From positions 6,835 through 70,834 of the forward strand of contig JAEOTQ010000168.1 in NCBI GenBank assembly GCA_016839785.1: a stretch of 64,000 bases of DNA, given 5' to 3'. Shown here piece by piece: positions 36,654 through 47,817 of the stretch. The position numbers and the translations under genes are program-made. Position 1 is the stretch's first letter, and each line of letters opens with the position of its first letter. Under the pieces are notes generated by a model. The model saw nothing but the letters and a program-made list of their open reading frames with translations. It was not told the DNA's origin and did no database searches. The DNA comes from Candidatus Hodarchaeota archaeon. Its GTDB lineage: Archaea; Asgardarchaeota; Heimdallarchaeia; Hodarchaeales; Hodarchaeaceae.

Positions 36654-37376
36654 ATGTCAAGCGAGAAAGAAAAATCATTTCTAAAGTACGAAGTGACTGG
36701 TGCTCCTGCATTCGCAGTGGTACGCATCACATTAGATAATCCAGGCCAAAAGGTTCGTGCGGAAGGCGGAGCAATGGTATACATGGATGGGCATATTAAC
36801 ATGGAAACCAAGTCAGCTGGTGGTGTCATGCGTGGTTTAAAGAGAAAATTCTCTGGTGAATCAATGTTTCAAAACTTTTTTTCGATTTCTGACGGTTCTC
36901 CTCCTGGAATGGTAGCTTTTGCGCATGGAGCTCCTGGAGATATTGTTCATCTTCATTTAGCACAAGGTGAGGAATGGGTCCTTAGTCGTGATGCATATAT
37001 TTGTGGAACCACTAGCATTGCTGTAACTTCAAAATTTGGAGGATTCAAGGGAGTATTAGGTGGTGAAGGTTTGATGTTGACCAAAATCATGGCGGAAGCT
37101 GATGGAGATGTATGGATAGGAGGGTATGGATATGTTGAACGGCATGAATTAGAACCAGGTCAAGAATTTGTCGTGGATAACGGTGTTATGATGGCATATC
37201 AAGCTGGTATCCAACATAAAGTTTCAAAAGTAGGTGGACGTAAGAGTTTCATGCTCGGTGGAGAAGGTGTTGTGATTCGATATACTGGTCCTGGAGTAGT
37301 GTACACACAGAATCGTGAAATTGGTTTATTAGCCTCTTTACTTCTCCCACATCTTCCAGTGACTCGTAGTAGCTAA
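36654..37376 (+). CDS. AIM24 / TIGR00266-family protein
   Basis: 240 aa. VTGAPAFAVVRITLDNPGQKVRAEGGAMVYMDG and GEGLMLTKI are typical of the DUF124/AIM24 family. Confidence 0.7.
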   Translation: MSSEKEKSFLKYEVTGAPAFAVVRITLDNPGQKVRAEGGAMVYMDGHINMETKSAGGVMRGLKRKFSGESMFQNFFSISDGSPPGMVAFAHGAPGDIVHLHLAQGEEWVLSRDAYICGTTSIAVTSKFGGFKGVLGGEGLMLTKIMAEADGDVWIGGYGYVERHELEPGQEFVVDNGVMMAYQAGIQHKVSKVGGRKSFMLGGEGVVIRYTGPGVVYTQNREIGLLASLLLPHLPVTRSS

Positions 37377-37452
37377 TTAGTCCATTTTTTTACCCCACTC
37401 CCCCTTTTTAATTTCTCTAAAAGAAATAAATTCTCTTTTTCCACCTTTGTAG

Positions 37453-38715
37453 ATGGTGTCCTTAATGCCATCGAAAGTTTTAGAACGATTTTTGAGATAC
37501 GTTACAATCCATACGACTAGTAAGGAAGATGAAGAATCCATTCCTAGCACTAAACGACAATTTGATCTTGCAAAAATACTTGTTGAAGAACTTAAAGATC
37601 TAGGAGTAGCAGAAGTCACTTTGACTGATAAGTGCTATGTTATTGCTAGAATACCTTCCAACTTATCCCCCGAGACTTCGAAGAAAGTACCTGTGATTTG
37701 TTTTTTGGCACATATGGATACAAGTCCTGAGGAGTCTGGTGAAAACGTTAAGCCCCAGATTGTAAAGAATTACCAAGGGGGTGACATAAAACTTTCTGGA
37801 AATCCAAATCTAATAATATCACCTCAAGAAACACCCTCCCTACTGAAATTTATAGGTAGTGACATAGTAACCTCTGATGGTACAACTCTATTAGGAGGAG
37901 ATAATAAAGCTGGAGTGGCGGCGATAATGACTGCTTTAGCTAGAATGAAGGCTGACCCAAGTTTAAAGCATGGAACCATTAAGGTTGTATTTACTCCAGA
38001 TGAAGAGGTAGGTCATGGAATTGATGGACTTGATGTTGATTCACTAAAAGCGGATTTTGGCTATACGATTGATGGGGATGAAATGGGAGTGCTAGAATCT
38101 GAGACTTTTAATGCCGCAGGAGGGGAGATACAAATTGCGGGATTTAATTGTCATCCAGGCTATGCTAAAGACAAGATGATTAACGCTATAAGAATTCTTG
38201 CCGATATTATTCAAAACTTCCCTATTAACGAATCTCCTGAAACAACAGAGAATAGAGAAGGCTATTATCATCCGTATGAAAGCTCTGCATCCGTTAATAA
38301 AGCTAAGTTAAAGTTTATATTGCGTGATTTTGATTATGATAAACTCAAGATAAAGATCAACAAGGTAGAAGAGTTCACAAATGATATTCAGCAAAAATAC
38401 AAGCACTCAACAATAGAATTATCTCTCAAGGAATCGTACAAAAACATGAGATATAAGATTGATGAAGTTCCAAATGTTATGTTGTATGCAGAGGAAGCAA
38501 TCCAACGAACAGGTATTCCTGTTATTAAGAAAGCTATACGTGGAGGAACTGATGGTGCCCGTTTAAGTTATCGTGGTCTCCCCACTCCTAATATTTTCTG
38601 TGGAGCAATGAATTTTCATAGTAAGAAGGAATATGTTCCTGTTCTCGCCATGGAAAAGTCTGTTGAGACAATAATTAATCTAGTCCAAATCTATGTTGAA
38701 AAAAATCTTGAATGA
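37453..38715 (+). CDS. pepT: Peptidase T (M20B tripeptide aminopeptidase)
   Basis: LERFLRYVTIHTTS, FLAHMDTSPE, LLGGDNKAGVAAIM, FTPDEEVG, IRGGTDGARLS. Confidence 0.9.
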   Translation: MVSLMPSKVLERFLRYVTIHTTSKEDEESIPSTKRQFDLAKILVEELKDLGVAEVTLTDKCYVIARIPSNLSPETSKKVPVICFLAHMDTSPEESGENVKPQIVKNYQGGDIKLSGNPNLIISPQETPSLLKFIGSDIVTSDGTTLLGGDNKAGVAAIMTALARMKADPSLKHGTIKVVFTPDEEVGHGIDGLDVDSLKADFGYTIDGDEMGVLESETFNAAGGEIQIAGFNCHPGYAKDKMINAIRILADIIQNFPINESPETTENREGYYHPYESSASVNKAKLKFILRDFDYDKLKIKINKVEEFTNDIQQKYKHSTIELSLKESYKNMRYKIDEVPNVMLYAEEAIQRTGIPVIKKAIRGGTDGARLSYRGLPTPNIFCGAMNFHSKKEYVPVLAMEKSVETIINLVQIYVEKNLE

Positions 38716-39044
38716 AAGATTTGTCAAGGAAATTAAACTGTAAGTATAATTCTGAGGAGCTCTTTCTCTTTCAGGGAAGACGTTTAGACACTATGAGTTA
38801 TACCCTTTCTCTCCCGATCAATACACTCCGTAAAAACGAACCACTTAAGAATTATGGGACAAACTTGGATTATTTCGATGAGATCTTTATAGTAAAGGAA
38901 GATTTTTAGTGTTTTATCTGTTCAGTCTGTTTTAACACTCACTTGTCTGAAAACAAACCTATACATATTATTGCCTTGTTTACAATTAGAAAATCTTTTA
39001 GAAGACACAATATATCATTTATTTCATAGGATGAACGATAAATT

Positions 39045-42000
39045 ATGGCAACCCGAAACGAAAAATTGGTTCGGTTAGAGCTTCCCTCTACTTCTGGGGT
39101 CGAAGTTGAGATCAGAGAAAGTAACGATCGGTATATATTGAATTTTTTCCAAAATGATAGGCAGATAAATTCCTCTTCTATCTCCTCACCCAAACTTGAT
39201 CAGGATAGAGTGGTGGATCTCTTGAGCGAGGCTGGAATTGAGTTTTTTAGTTTTTCTGCGATCTTTGACATCGCTGATCTGCTAGTAAACACCATTAAAG
39301 ATGAATTTCAAGCTTTTTCGATAGACGAAGAGGCGGATTCAACTCCTGTCACTCAAGACACTGATAATGTTACTGAGAGGTTTGGGATAATTACTGAGGA
39401 TATACCAGAAAGGAAAGATGCAATTGCTGAAGATATAGTGTCAATTAAATCTAGCAAGATTCTAACAATTCCACCTGGTGATAAGGAACTAAAAAGAATC
39501 AAGATGCTACATTCGAAATCAGGTTTTGCAACGATTTATTATACCCCTAAAGGAAAATTCGCTGTTGTCTTGTCTCGTGATGAGGAACTTCTCCAAAGAA
39601 AAGTCTATTCAAAAGACAACGTAAATCAAGATAAGATTGTAGAATTAATTAGTGAATCAGGTATTGATTTTCTATCATTTTCTGCAATATATGATTCAGC
39701 TGAACAAATTGAATCACTTATATTAAAGCCTGAAACTCTCGAATCAGAAGATACTGTTTCAATCCCTCAAATGGACAAAATAGTTGATGTAGATGATCCC
39801 ACCGCCCTTTCGCAAAAGACTCCTTCACAAGAGCAAGATGAAGTGACACTGGTTGATTTATCTGAATTTGATATGTCCAAGTTTAGCAAGGCTGAAGATT
39901 TTGATAAATTTATTACCAAGGTAAAGGAAGTTGTTGAAGTCGGACAACCTCTACCTGTAAAAGAATTGGAAATTGCACATTCAGGGGGAGTGGATTGCAT
40001 AATACTTAGAAAATTCGATTCGTGGTTTTTGCGTTTTCGTAATTCTGATGGTTCAATCTCTGCCCCTACAGAAATAGCAATAGATCAGGACGAAATAGCT
40101 CGAGTCATTAACCAAGAAATTCCGAAAATTTCTTTTAGTTATTTGTATGATGCTTCAGAGTTGATTTATATTACTATTCAAGATTTAGCAACAAAACCAA
40201 TGGATCAAATCATTATTAATGTCGCTGTGGGTCATTTCTTACAAATTATTGAACAGAATGAAGCAGAGGGGAATCTTAAAGCGGCATCGAAAATTACAGA
40301 AGTATTACTTAGACGCTTTCGCAAAGAGAATAATTCCAAGGGAATCCTACGATTTGGGAGGAAACTTGTAAAGTTTCTAGTTGATCAGGGCAAAGATTCC
40401 AAGGTTGTGAAGACTCAATCTGATTTAATATCAGATTTATTGAAAATTGATGTTGATACTTCGATTGAATTTGTGTTTGAATCTATAGAAATGCTCGCTG
40501 ATCAAAATAAACATCTGAATGCAGCTAATCTTTGTGATTTAGTTTTAGATCACTATCTCTCTGAAAAAATTATCCCTGATTCGCTTTCAACGATTTTACT
40601 TCTTGCGAAGAAACAAGCCGAATTTTACAAACATGCACGGTTACCCGTTGTAATGTGGGAAAATGCTCTTCGTTATGCCCACTTTGCTTTAAAAGAAATT
40701 GGAGAGAGTGGAGATACACTTTCGAATGAACAGAAAGGGGGACATATAGACGATATTGTCTTCTTAGTTGACTCTGCATTGGGAGTACAAGAAGAGCGGA
40801 AAGCTAATTTTGAAATACTTAGTACTCTTGAAGAAACATCACGATTATTAAAAGAAATAAATGAGAAAACCCACTATCAAAGATACATTAATCGCTTAAT
40901 TCTTACCTTGGAAACTCAGGGTAAAAAAGAAAAAGCTTTAGAAATAACATTGGAAGCTGCAAAGGCATTAATGGGTTCAGATACATATGTAAAATCTTGT
41001 GAACTTAGTAATCAAGCAATCAAACTATATTATGAATTGAATAAGGTAGAAGAAGCTGTTGATTTTAGTCTTGGAGTTGTAAGGGGCCTAACGGAGTTAA
41101 ATGAGAGCGAGGCTGCGAAAAATTATCTACAATTTGTTGAAGATTTAATTGGGAAAGCCTATAAAGATGATGATTCACGTCGAATAGAAAAACAACTTGC
41201 AATGGGTGATTTACTAGGGAAGCTAGGGATGAAAGATCGCTCTAAATCCTTTATACAAACTGCTCTTCAAACAATTGATGATCCCAAGAAAAGAGAAAAA
41301 ATTGTTCTAAAATATGTCGATGAAATGCTTGTGAGTCATGCTGTACTGACTGCTCAAGAGATGATAAACCTAGAATTATCACGTTTATTGGAAACAAAGA
41401 AGATTAAAGATGTAATAAAGTTTTGTTGCCAATTTATTGACAAACTAAGAGAATCCAATCATAGAGATATGATTTTTGAATATATGCGATACATAGCAAG
41501 TTTAATGCTGCAATCAGATCATATTGATTACGATTTACTCCAGCAATTCATAAAAGACTTACTAAGTGAGGCTGAGATTGATAGAGCTGCTTTAATTTTG
41601 GATCAACTCATTATCCTCCAAGGTAAACAGAACGATTTTACGAGAGCTATTGATTCAATAAGTCGTTTTGTCGATCATCTCTTGCAAAACACTCAAAGGG
41701 TTGACCTCGTCCAGAAATACATTTTCGAAACTGCAGAAGCGTATCGACGAATGGGAGATGAGCAAGGAGCGCTTGAGGTTCTAGTGAAATACCAAGAAGA
41801 GGTTCTTGATTATTCTGTTGAGTTATCACAAAAAATTACCGATATTATTCTCAAAGAATACGAGGAGAAAGAAGAGTATAAGAAATGTATCACAATTGTC
41901 ACAAATATCATAGATAGACAACTAGAGCAGGGTATGTTTCAAGATGCATATATTTTCAGTGTGCAAAATGCCCGTTATATCGAAAGCTCTGGTAACATTT

Positions 42001-44636
42001 CTGATGTCATCAAATATCTTGGAAAAATGAGAAATAGATTTTTAGAATTTGATCAGTTTGAAGACGCTTCTAAAATGACCGATTTAATATTTAGATTCGG
42101 TAAAACCCATCAACAATATAAAATTGCAATCCAATCGATCAAAGAATACGCAAAAATTACTTTAGACAATAACGACTTTATTTCTTCAATAAAATTGGCT
42201 CTTGATGTTGCTGCTCTCTTCAAGGAAGATGACAAACCAGATAAAGCACTCGAATTTCTTCATATGATATTCAACGTGACATTTCAACATGTAAAAGAGC
42301 CCTCTCTTCAGATTTTCCGCAAGATTGTAGAAATTCACGCAGAAAAGGACGACTTCAAAAAAATCACGAAGAAAGTCGTTGATCCTTTATTGTTGAAATA
42401 TCCTGATGTTTCCCTTCTTGCAGTCGTGAATGAAGTTCTTTCCCCACCTCTCGATGAATACATCAAATATTCTGAAAGATTCTATGATCAGTTAATTGAA
42501 TCATCTTCATTAACCTTTGACTCGGCGGAAGGTATAATCTCATTGGTTAATCTCGTTTATGGAAGTGCTTTGGTCGATCCTGGAGATAAATTAATCTTTA
42601 AATACGCCGATAAATTGGCAGAATTCGGTTTTGCCGATGAAGCAATGAAATTAATGTCTATATTGTCCGAAAAGTCGAATTTACCTTTCACGGAACTTAA
42701 TAATCGATCTCTTGAATTTGTTCAAAGTTTAATAAGGAAATCACATATTGAAAAAGCAAGAGAGTTTACAGACAATTTGATTCAGCATATTTCAACGAAT
42801 CCTGAACTATCTGCAGACAAGAATCATTTAGGTGCCAAAGTCTGCCAGAAATTTGCCCATATGGTAGCTCATGACAATCCAGATCTTGCCTCTGAATATG
42901 CCTATCTTGCTGCAGATTATCTACGAGGAGCAAATGACTTTGATGGGGTAGTTAATATCTATAATACTCTTGCAACTCAATACTCCTCCTCAAAAAGAGC
43001 GATTCGTATATTCGAAAGAGGAATTTACATTTGTAGTAAATTTAAAGCAAAAAAACACGAAGCCCAGCTACTGGTTTTACTAACGAAATACTTATGTTCT
43101 ATTTCAAACGACTCAGTACTAGCAGCTTTTCAACAAACTATAGAAAAACTAGAAGAATTAGAGGATCTAGACGAGCTCTTTAGAAATTGTAGTGAAATAC
43201 TCAATGTAGCAATTTCAACTGATAATTTAGACCTTGTATATAAATATCTGGAATATACGAGTAAATTAGCCAATATGATTAACCGATCTGAAGAAATGGG
43301 TGGATCGCTTGTTTTTATGTTAAATCATGTTTCTGATCTAAAGGAAGTTGAAAAATCAAATAAAATTAGGGAATATATTGATGAGCTTGGTATCCAACCC
43401 AAGAAATTTAAAAAGGAATTTAAACGGTTATCGGACGAGCGTAACAACTTTTTAAAGTCGAAACCACTGATTGATCAACCACTAATTGAAGAAGATGGAA
43501 TTGCTGTACCTACATTAGTTGATGCAACTGATCTAATTACGCCTGTAGAACAACCTCGCTTAGATGAAGGTATCGCTCCTGAAATTGTCGAAGAAGAGAT
43601 TATAGATGTTATCAAAGGTATCAAGGCGGAATCACCACTACCAGAACATGTGGAAACTCCCGAAGTAGTCCAACAGCCACAACCTCAGTTTTCTCCGAAA
43701 TTGGAAGACAAGGCTACTTTAATGGCAGAACCCCAGATAAGTGGTGAGGTTTTGGAAATCCCCCTGAAAAAGGAGGGATTGGATATGTCGGCTACCCTCA
43801 GTGATGATGAACTCTCGAGCTTATTTACGCCTGCCCCCTCCTCTGAAGAGGTTTCGCAAGTACCTCCCTCAGTAGATGATGATATATTATCAGATATTAG
43901 TCAACCTGTCAAAGAGGGCGTCACTCTTTCCGATGATGAAGTAACGACATTATTTAGCGCACGAAAAGACTCAAAAATCAGGGGAGCTGATGTTTTACGA
44001 TCATTATCGGCACAAGAATCCTCAGTCAGCGAGGAAGAGTGGGAAGTTGATGCTTTTGGTCGTTTGTTAAAGAAAGGAGATACCACTCCGTCACCAGATA
44101 AAATTAGTAAGCCTAGACCTACAGAATCACCTAGTATAATTGAAGATACAGCGGGAACTCCAGATTTAAGTGCTCTAGAGTCAACATTCGAGCCCAAGAA
44201 GGAAGATGTAGTTAAACCTACTCAATTAAAATCACTTCAACTAGAACCTGATTTGGAGAGTCAAAAAAAGAAACAGTTACAAAGTTTACCTGACCTAGAA
44301 GATCTAGAAATGGCTCTAGTTGATACAGAAAGTATTATTCCTCCGAAACAAGAAATAAAAGCGTTCGAAGAACCTAAAAGTCTTTTCGATAAAGGCCCCA
44401 CGAGTTCATTTGACTCTGTTGTAGATGCACTTGCTGAAGATGAATCTAGTGACACCAATGAAATTTTTGGAATTCCAGAAGTGTCCTATGAGGAAATATC
44501 TGAACCTCAAACTTCAAAAGCCGCTGAAGTGAAGCCTCCTGATTTAATAGATTTGTTTTCAGATGCTTTATCTGAATTAGGATCGATTACTGGGGAATCT
44601 GGAAAGAAAAGCAAGGATAAAAAGAAAAAGAAATAA
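39045..44636 (+). CDS. Giant (1863 aa) hypothetical protein: 3 N-terminal repeat modules, long helical-repeat core, acidic disordered tail
   Basis: Uninterrupted ORF. Repeat modules end in GIEFFSFSAIFDIADLL / GIDFLSFSAIYDSAEQI / KISFSYLYDASELI. About 1100 aa of TPR-like helical sequence. The E/D/S/P-rich C-terminus carries a twice-repeated LSDDE(L/V)(S/T)(S/T)LF. Confidence 0.7.
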   Translation: MATRNEKLVRLELPSTSGVEVEIRESNDRYILNFFQNDRQINSSSISSPKLDQDRVVDLLSEAGIEFFSFSAIFDIADLLVNTIKDEFQAFSIDEEADSTPVTQDTDNVTERFGIITEDIPERKDAIAEDIVSIKSSKILTIPPGDKELKRIKMLHSKSGFATIYYTPKGKFAVVLSRDEELLQRKVYSKDNVNQDKIVELISESGIDFLSFSAIYDSAEQIESLILKPETLESEDTVSIPQMDKIVDVDDPTALSQKTPSQEQDEVTLVDLSEFDMSKFSKAEDFDKFITKVKEVVEVGQPLPVKELEIAHSGGVDCIILRKFDSWFLRFRNSDGSISAPTEIAIDQDEIARVINQEIPKISFSYLYDASELIYITIQDLATKPMDQIIINVAVGHFLQIIEQNEAEGNLKAASKITEVLLRRFRKENNSKGILRFGRKLVKFLVDQGKDSKVVKTQSDLISDLLKIDVDTSIEFVFESIEMLADQNKHLNAANLCDLVLDHYLSEKIIPDSLSTILLLAKKQAEFYKHARLPVVMWENALRYAHFALKEIGESGDTLSNEQKGGHIDDIVFLVDSALGVQEERKANFEILSTLEETSRLLKEINEKTHYQRYINRLILTLETQGKKEKALEITLEAAKALMGSDTYVKSCELSNQAIKLYYELNKVEEAVDFSLGVVRGLTELNESEAAKNYLQFVEDLIGKAYKDDDSRRIEKQLAMGDLLGKLGMKDRSKSFIQTALQTIDDPKKREKIVLKYVDEMLVSHAVLTAQEMINLELSRLLETKKIKDVIKFCCQFIDKLRESNHRDMIFEYMRYIASLMLQSDHIDYDLLQQFIKDLLSEAEIDRAALILDQLIILQGKQNDFTRAIDSISRFVDHLLQNTQRVDLVQKYIFETAEAYRRMGDEQGALEVLVKYQEEVLDYSVELSQKITDIILKEYEEKEEYKKCITIVTNIIDRQLEQGMFQDAYIFSVQNARYIESSGNISDVIKYLGKMRNRFLEFDQFEDASKMTDLIFRFGKTHQQYKIAIQSIKEYAKITLDNNDFISSIKLALDVAALFKEDDKPDKALEFLHMIFNVTFQHVKEPSLQIFRKIVEIHAEKDDFKKITKKVVDPLLLKYPDVSLLAVVNEVLSPPLDEYIKYSERFYDQLIESSSLTFDSAEGIISLVNLVYGSALVDPGDKLIFKYADKLAEFGFADEAMKLMSILSEKSNLPFTELNNRSLEFVQSLIRKSHIEKAREFTDNLIQHISTNPELSADKNHLGAKVCQKFAHMVAHDNPDLASEYAYLAADYLRGANDFDGVVNIYNTLATQYSSSKRAIRIFERGIYICSKFKAKKHEAQLLVLLTKYLCSISNDSVLAAFQQTIEKLEELEDLDELFRNCSEILNVAISTDNLDLVYKYLEYTSKLANMINRSEEMGGSLVFMLNHVSDLKEVEKSNKIREYIDELGIQPKKFKKEFKRLSDERNNFLKSKPLIDQPLIEEDGIAVPTLVDATDLITPVEQPRLDEGIAPEIVEEEIIDVIKGIKAESPLPEHVETPEVVQQPQPQFSPKLEDKATLMAEPQISGEVLEIPLKKEGLDMSATLSDDELSSLFTPAPSSEEVSQVPPSVDDDILSDISQPVKEGVTLSDDEVTTLFSARKDSKIRGADVLRSLSAQESSVSEEEWEVDAFGRLLKKGDTTPSPDKISKPRPTESPSIIEDTAGTPDLSALESTFEPKKEDVVKPTQLKSLQLEPDLESQKKKQLQSLPDLEDLEMALVDTESIIPPKQEIKAFEEPKSLFDKGPTSSFDSVVDALAEDESSDTNEIFGIPEVSYEEISEPQTSKAAEVKPPDLIDLFSDALSELGSITGESGKKSKDKKKKK

Positions 44637-44639
44637 CTC

Positions 44640-45788
44640 TCAATCTTTCCTTGATTTTCCATACTTAGTAGAATCATAGAGAGGATATTTCTTTATCTGT
44701 CCCTCATGTAGTTTATTTCTAACTTGAAATTGAACCACTCTATTCTCTGTACTAAATTCTGGCAAAATATAACCCATTCCGATTCCAGTGTTTAGAAGGG
44801 GAGAGAAGCCACCAGAGGTTATGATTCCGATTTCTTTTTCACCCTCAAAGATTTTCATTCCCGAACGAGGACTAGGTCCCTTTCTCATTGATATTAAACC
44901 CACTCGAATTTTCTGAAGAGGTAAATCTTTCATTTTTTCGAGTTGAGGTTTTCCTATGAAGGAGGGTTTATTTATATGAATAAATGGGGGAAAATTCAGG
45001 TCAGCTTCAAGTGGGTTAATACTTTCTGATATATCATTCCCATAAAGATGATAACCTGCTTCCAATCTTAACGAATCGCGTGCTCCCAATCCACAAGGTT
45101 TAATGTCAAATTCTTTTCCTTCTTGGAGTAATTTTGTCCAGATTTTAACCGCATTTGTATTATTCTCCAAAGTGGTATCCATAACAATAATTTCATATCC
45201 CGTCTCTCCAGTGTATCCTGTACCAGATACTATAATTTCGCAATCATCAATAGTTGTATGCAAAATATTCCAAGAGGACGGAGGACTTGTAGTTTTTGGC
45301 AAAATACGTTTTAGGACTGTTTCTGCTTTGGGACCTTGTAAAGCAAACATAGCTGTTGAGCGTGATATATTTTCTATCTCAAGTTCCAATTTGTAAAAAT
45401 TCTCTATTAATTCTGATAGCGATTGAATCCAGTAAAGAATTTTTTCATAATTTCCTGCATTCCACACGAGTAGCCACTTGTTATCTTCAAGACGTTCAAA
45501 AACAAGATCATCTCGAAAGCCTCCTCTTTCATTGAGCATGAATGTATAAGATGCTCTTCCTACATCTGTTTTCGAAAGATCTCGTGGTACAAGAACATTG
45601 AGAAAGGCCTCAGAATCCTTACCCTGTATCCACATTCGTCCCATATGAGAAACATCAAACAAACCAACTGTATTTCGTACCGCTAAATGTTCCTCAATTA
45701 TAGATGTGTACATTACAGGCATTTGAAAGCCTGCAAAATCAACAACGTCACCATTTTTCGCATGCCAATCATATAATTGTGTTTGCAT
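44640..45788 (-). CDS. gcvT: Glycine cleavage system T protein (aminomethyltransferase)
   Basis: TQLYDWH...FAGFQMPVMYTSIIEEHLAVRNTVGLFDVSHMGR is a canonical GcvT N-terminus. 382 aa. Confidence 0.9.
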   Translation of the reverse strand: MQTQLYDWHAKNGDVVDFAGFQMPVMYTSIIEEHLAVRNTVGLFDVSHMGRMWIQGKDSEAFLNVLVPRDLSKTDVGRASYTFMLNERGGFRDDLVFERLEDNKWLLVWNAGNYEKILYWIQSLSELIENFYKLELEIENISRSTAMFALQGPKAETVLKRILPKTTSPPSSWNILHTTIDDCEIIVSGTGYTGETGYEIIVMDTTLENNTNAVKIWTKLLQEGKEFDIKPCGLGARDSLRLEAGYHLYGNDISESINPLEADLNFPPFIHINKPSFIGKPQLEKMKDLPLQKIRVGLISMRKGPSPRSGMKIFEGEKEIGIITSGGFSPLLNTGIGMGYILPEFSTENRVVQFQVRNKLHEGQIKKYPLYDSTKYGKSRKD

Positions 45789-45968
45789 CGATTTTCACAA
45801 CGTTTGAATGAATTTTTTGATGTTTTAAGCATTTTATTCCCAGTAACTGGGATTTAACTGACTAAGAACAAGCTAAATTCTATGAATTAATGGACTTTGG
45901 ATTGGGAGAAAAACTAGTGAGAAATTTATATTAAAATTAATACTAATTACTCTTACAAACAGTAGAAT

Positions 45969-47315
45969 ATGTGTGGTATAAAGTTGACTAATGATCCAAC
46001 ATTTAGAAAAATTCGGAGTATTCTTGAATCCCATCATGAATATTGGAATAATGCTATCCCTTTAATTGCTTCAGAAAACCTTACAAGCCCCGCTGTAAGA
46101 GAAGTAGCTATTTCAGATTTAGCTCATAGGTATGCAGAAGGATGGATAGGAGAGCGAGTCTATCCTGGAAACGAATATTTCGACGATATTGAAGAACTCA
46201 CTTTAAAACTCTTGAAACAGCTTTATAAAGCCCCTTTTATAGATGCTCGTCCTATTTCAGGAGTTGTTGCAAATTTAACCGTCTATACTGCCTTCACAAA
46301 AGCTCACGATAAGATGATGGCGATATCAATTCCTGTAGGTGGACATATAAGCTCTGGACCTCTTTCTGCAAAATCAGGATCTTTCATCGGAGGGACAGCA
46401 GGGGCTGTTTCCAGGTTAAATGTGGATTACATTCCTTTTGATCGTTATGGATTAAATATTGATATAGATGCAGCAATAAAGGCATTTCGTGAAAAAGAAC
46501 CAAGGCTTGTGCAATTTGGTGCAAGTGTTTTTCTATTTCCACACCCCCTCAAGGAGCTGATACCCGTAGCTCACGAGGTAGGAGCGCATGTGAATTATGA
46601 TGCAGCTCATGTCGCAGGATTAATAGCAGGAAAACAATTTCAAGACCCTCTTAAGGAAGGAACGGATACTATGACTATGTCAACACACAAAACGTTCCCA
46701 GGCCCTCAAAAAGGAATTGTAATAGCATCCCAAGATGAACTTGCAGAAAAGATCAAAGCGGCTGCATTTCCAGGAATGACATCAAATCACCATTTAATGC
46801 ATGTAGCTGGTCTTGCGGTAGCGGCTGCAGAATTTCTACAATTTGGAGAAGCGTATTCAAAACAAATAATTCTTAACGCGAAAGCTTTAGGGCAAGCATT
46901 GTATGAGCGTGGTTTTAAAGTAGTTTGTCCTGATAAAGGGTTCACAGAATCACACACATTACTAGTTGATATCACAAATTTCCAAGATTCAATTGGTTTA
47001 GGAGCAGATGTTGAACAAAGACTCGAAAAGGCTCATATTGTTGCAAACAGAAATTTATTACCATGGGACATTTTAGAAAAGCGTAATTATTTGAATCCGG
47101 GAGGAATTCGTATTGGAACCCAGGAAATCACTAGATTAGGAATGAAAGAATCAGATATGATCACAATCGCAGAATTCTTTAAATCTGTAGTTTTAGATAA
47201 AAAAGATCCACAAACTGTTGCTCAGGAAGTATCAGAGTTCCGAAAAGAATTCCAAAAAATCCATTACGGATTTGAAACATCGATTAAAGCGTATGAATAT
47301 ATTAAAATAGTCTAG
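45969..47315 (+). CDS. glyA: Serine hydroxymethyltransferase
   Basis: LIASENLTSPAVRE, HRYAEG, and TMSTHKTFPGPQKG (PLP lysine). Confidence 0.9.
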   Translation: MCGIKLTNDPTFRKIRSILESHHEYWNNAIPLIASENLTSPAVREVAISDLAHRYAEGWIGERVYPGNEYFDDIEELTLKLLKQLYKAPFIDARPISGVVANLTVYTAFTKAHDKMMAISIPVGGHISSGPLSAKSGSFIGGTAGAVSRLNVDYIPFDRYGLNIDIDAAIKAFREKEPRLVQFGASVFLFPHPLKELIPVAHEVGAHVNYDAAHVAGLIAGKQFQDPLKEGTDTMTMSTHKTFPGPQKGIVIASQDELAEKIKAAAFPGMTSNHHLMHVAGLAVAAAEFLQFGEAYSKQIILNAKALGQALYERGFKVVCPDKGFTESHTLLVDITNFQDSIGLGADVEQRLEKAHIVANRNLLPWDILEKRNYLNPGGIRIGTQEITRLGMKESDMITIAEFFKSVVLDKKDPQTVAQEVSEFRKEFQKIHYGFETSIKAYEYIKIV

Positions 47316-47347
47316 ATTGGTAAAAATTGGTTTTTTGCCTCTCTTTC

Positions 47348-47725
47348 TTATTTCCAATCATTCGTTGCCAACCATCCATCTACTGTCTCCCTTAAAACCT
47401 CCCATGGTTTGACTGAATTGAGATTAAACGATTTTGCCTGAGCCCAATAACTACTCATTTTTCCTTCTGCATCAGGATCTGCTTTATTTCTCTTTTGCCA
47501 TCTTTGAATTACAACGATTTGTTTATCAGCGTCATCAACAGATTGGACTAATAATACCGCTGTCCACCAGCGTCCCCGTCGTGAGATTGTTTTACCTTTA
47601 AGTAAATGATAGTAATCTGAATGATAAGGAAATTTTTCTTTTGTTTTTTCATTTGCCATTGGTATGCTTCCTATTTTGTCTATTTTGGGCACAATCCAAA
47701 CCAAATTAAAAAATTGGCTAATCAC
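47348..47725 (-). CDS. Hypothetical protein
   Basis: ORF of 125 aa. The more likely start is MANEKTKEKF at 47659. No motif recognised. Confidence 0.4.
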   Translation of the reverse strand: MISQFFNLVWIVPKIDKIGSIPMANEKTKEKFPYHSDYYHLLKGKTISRRGRWWTAVLLVQSVDDADKQIVVIQRWQKRNKADPDAEGKMSSYWAQAKSFNLNSVKPWEVLRETVDGWLATNDWK

Positions 47726-47817
47726 ATATATTTCTGAGTAGCTCTTAAGATAAATTTTTAAGAGGTGTCATTCATTTATTCTAGCAAGAGTGACTGCAAG
47801 TTAGAGTTGGTGTTTTT

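Noticed and set aside
38712-38909. 65-aa ORF overlapping the pepT stop, and the antisense 38939..39193 ORF.
   Set aside because: No recognisable features are present. The second overlaps the start of the giant ORF. I left both unannotated.
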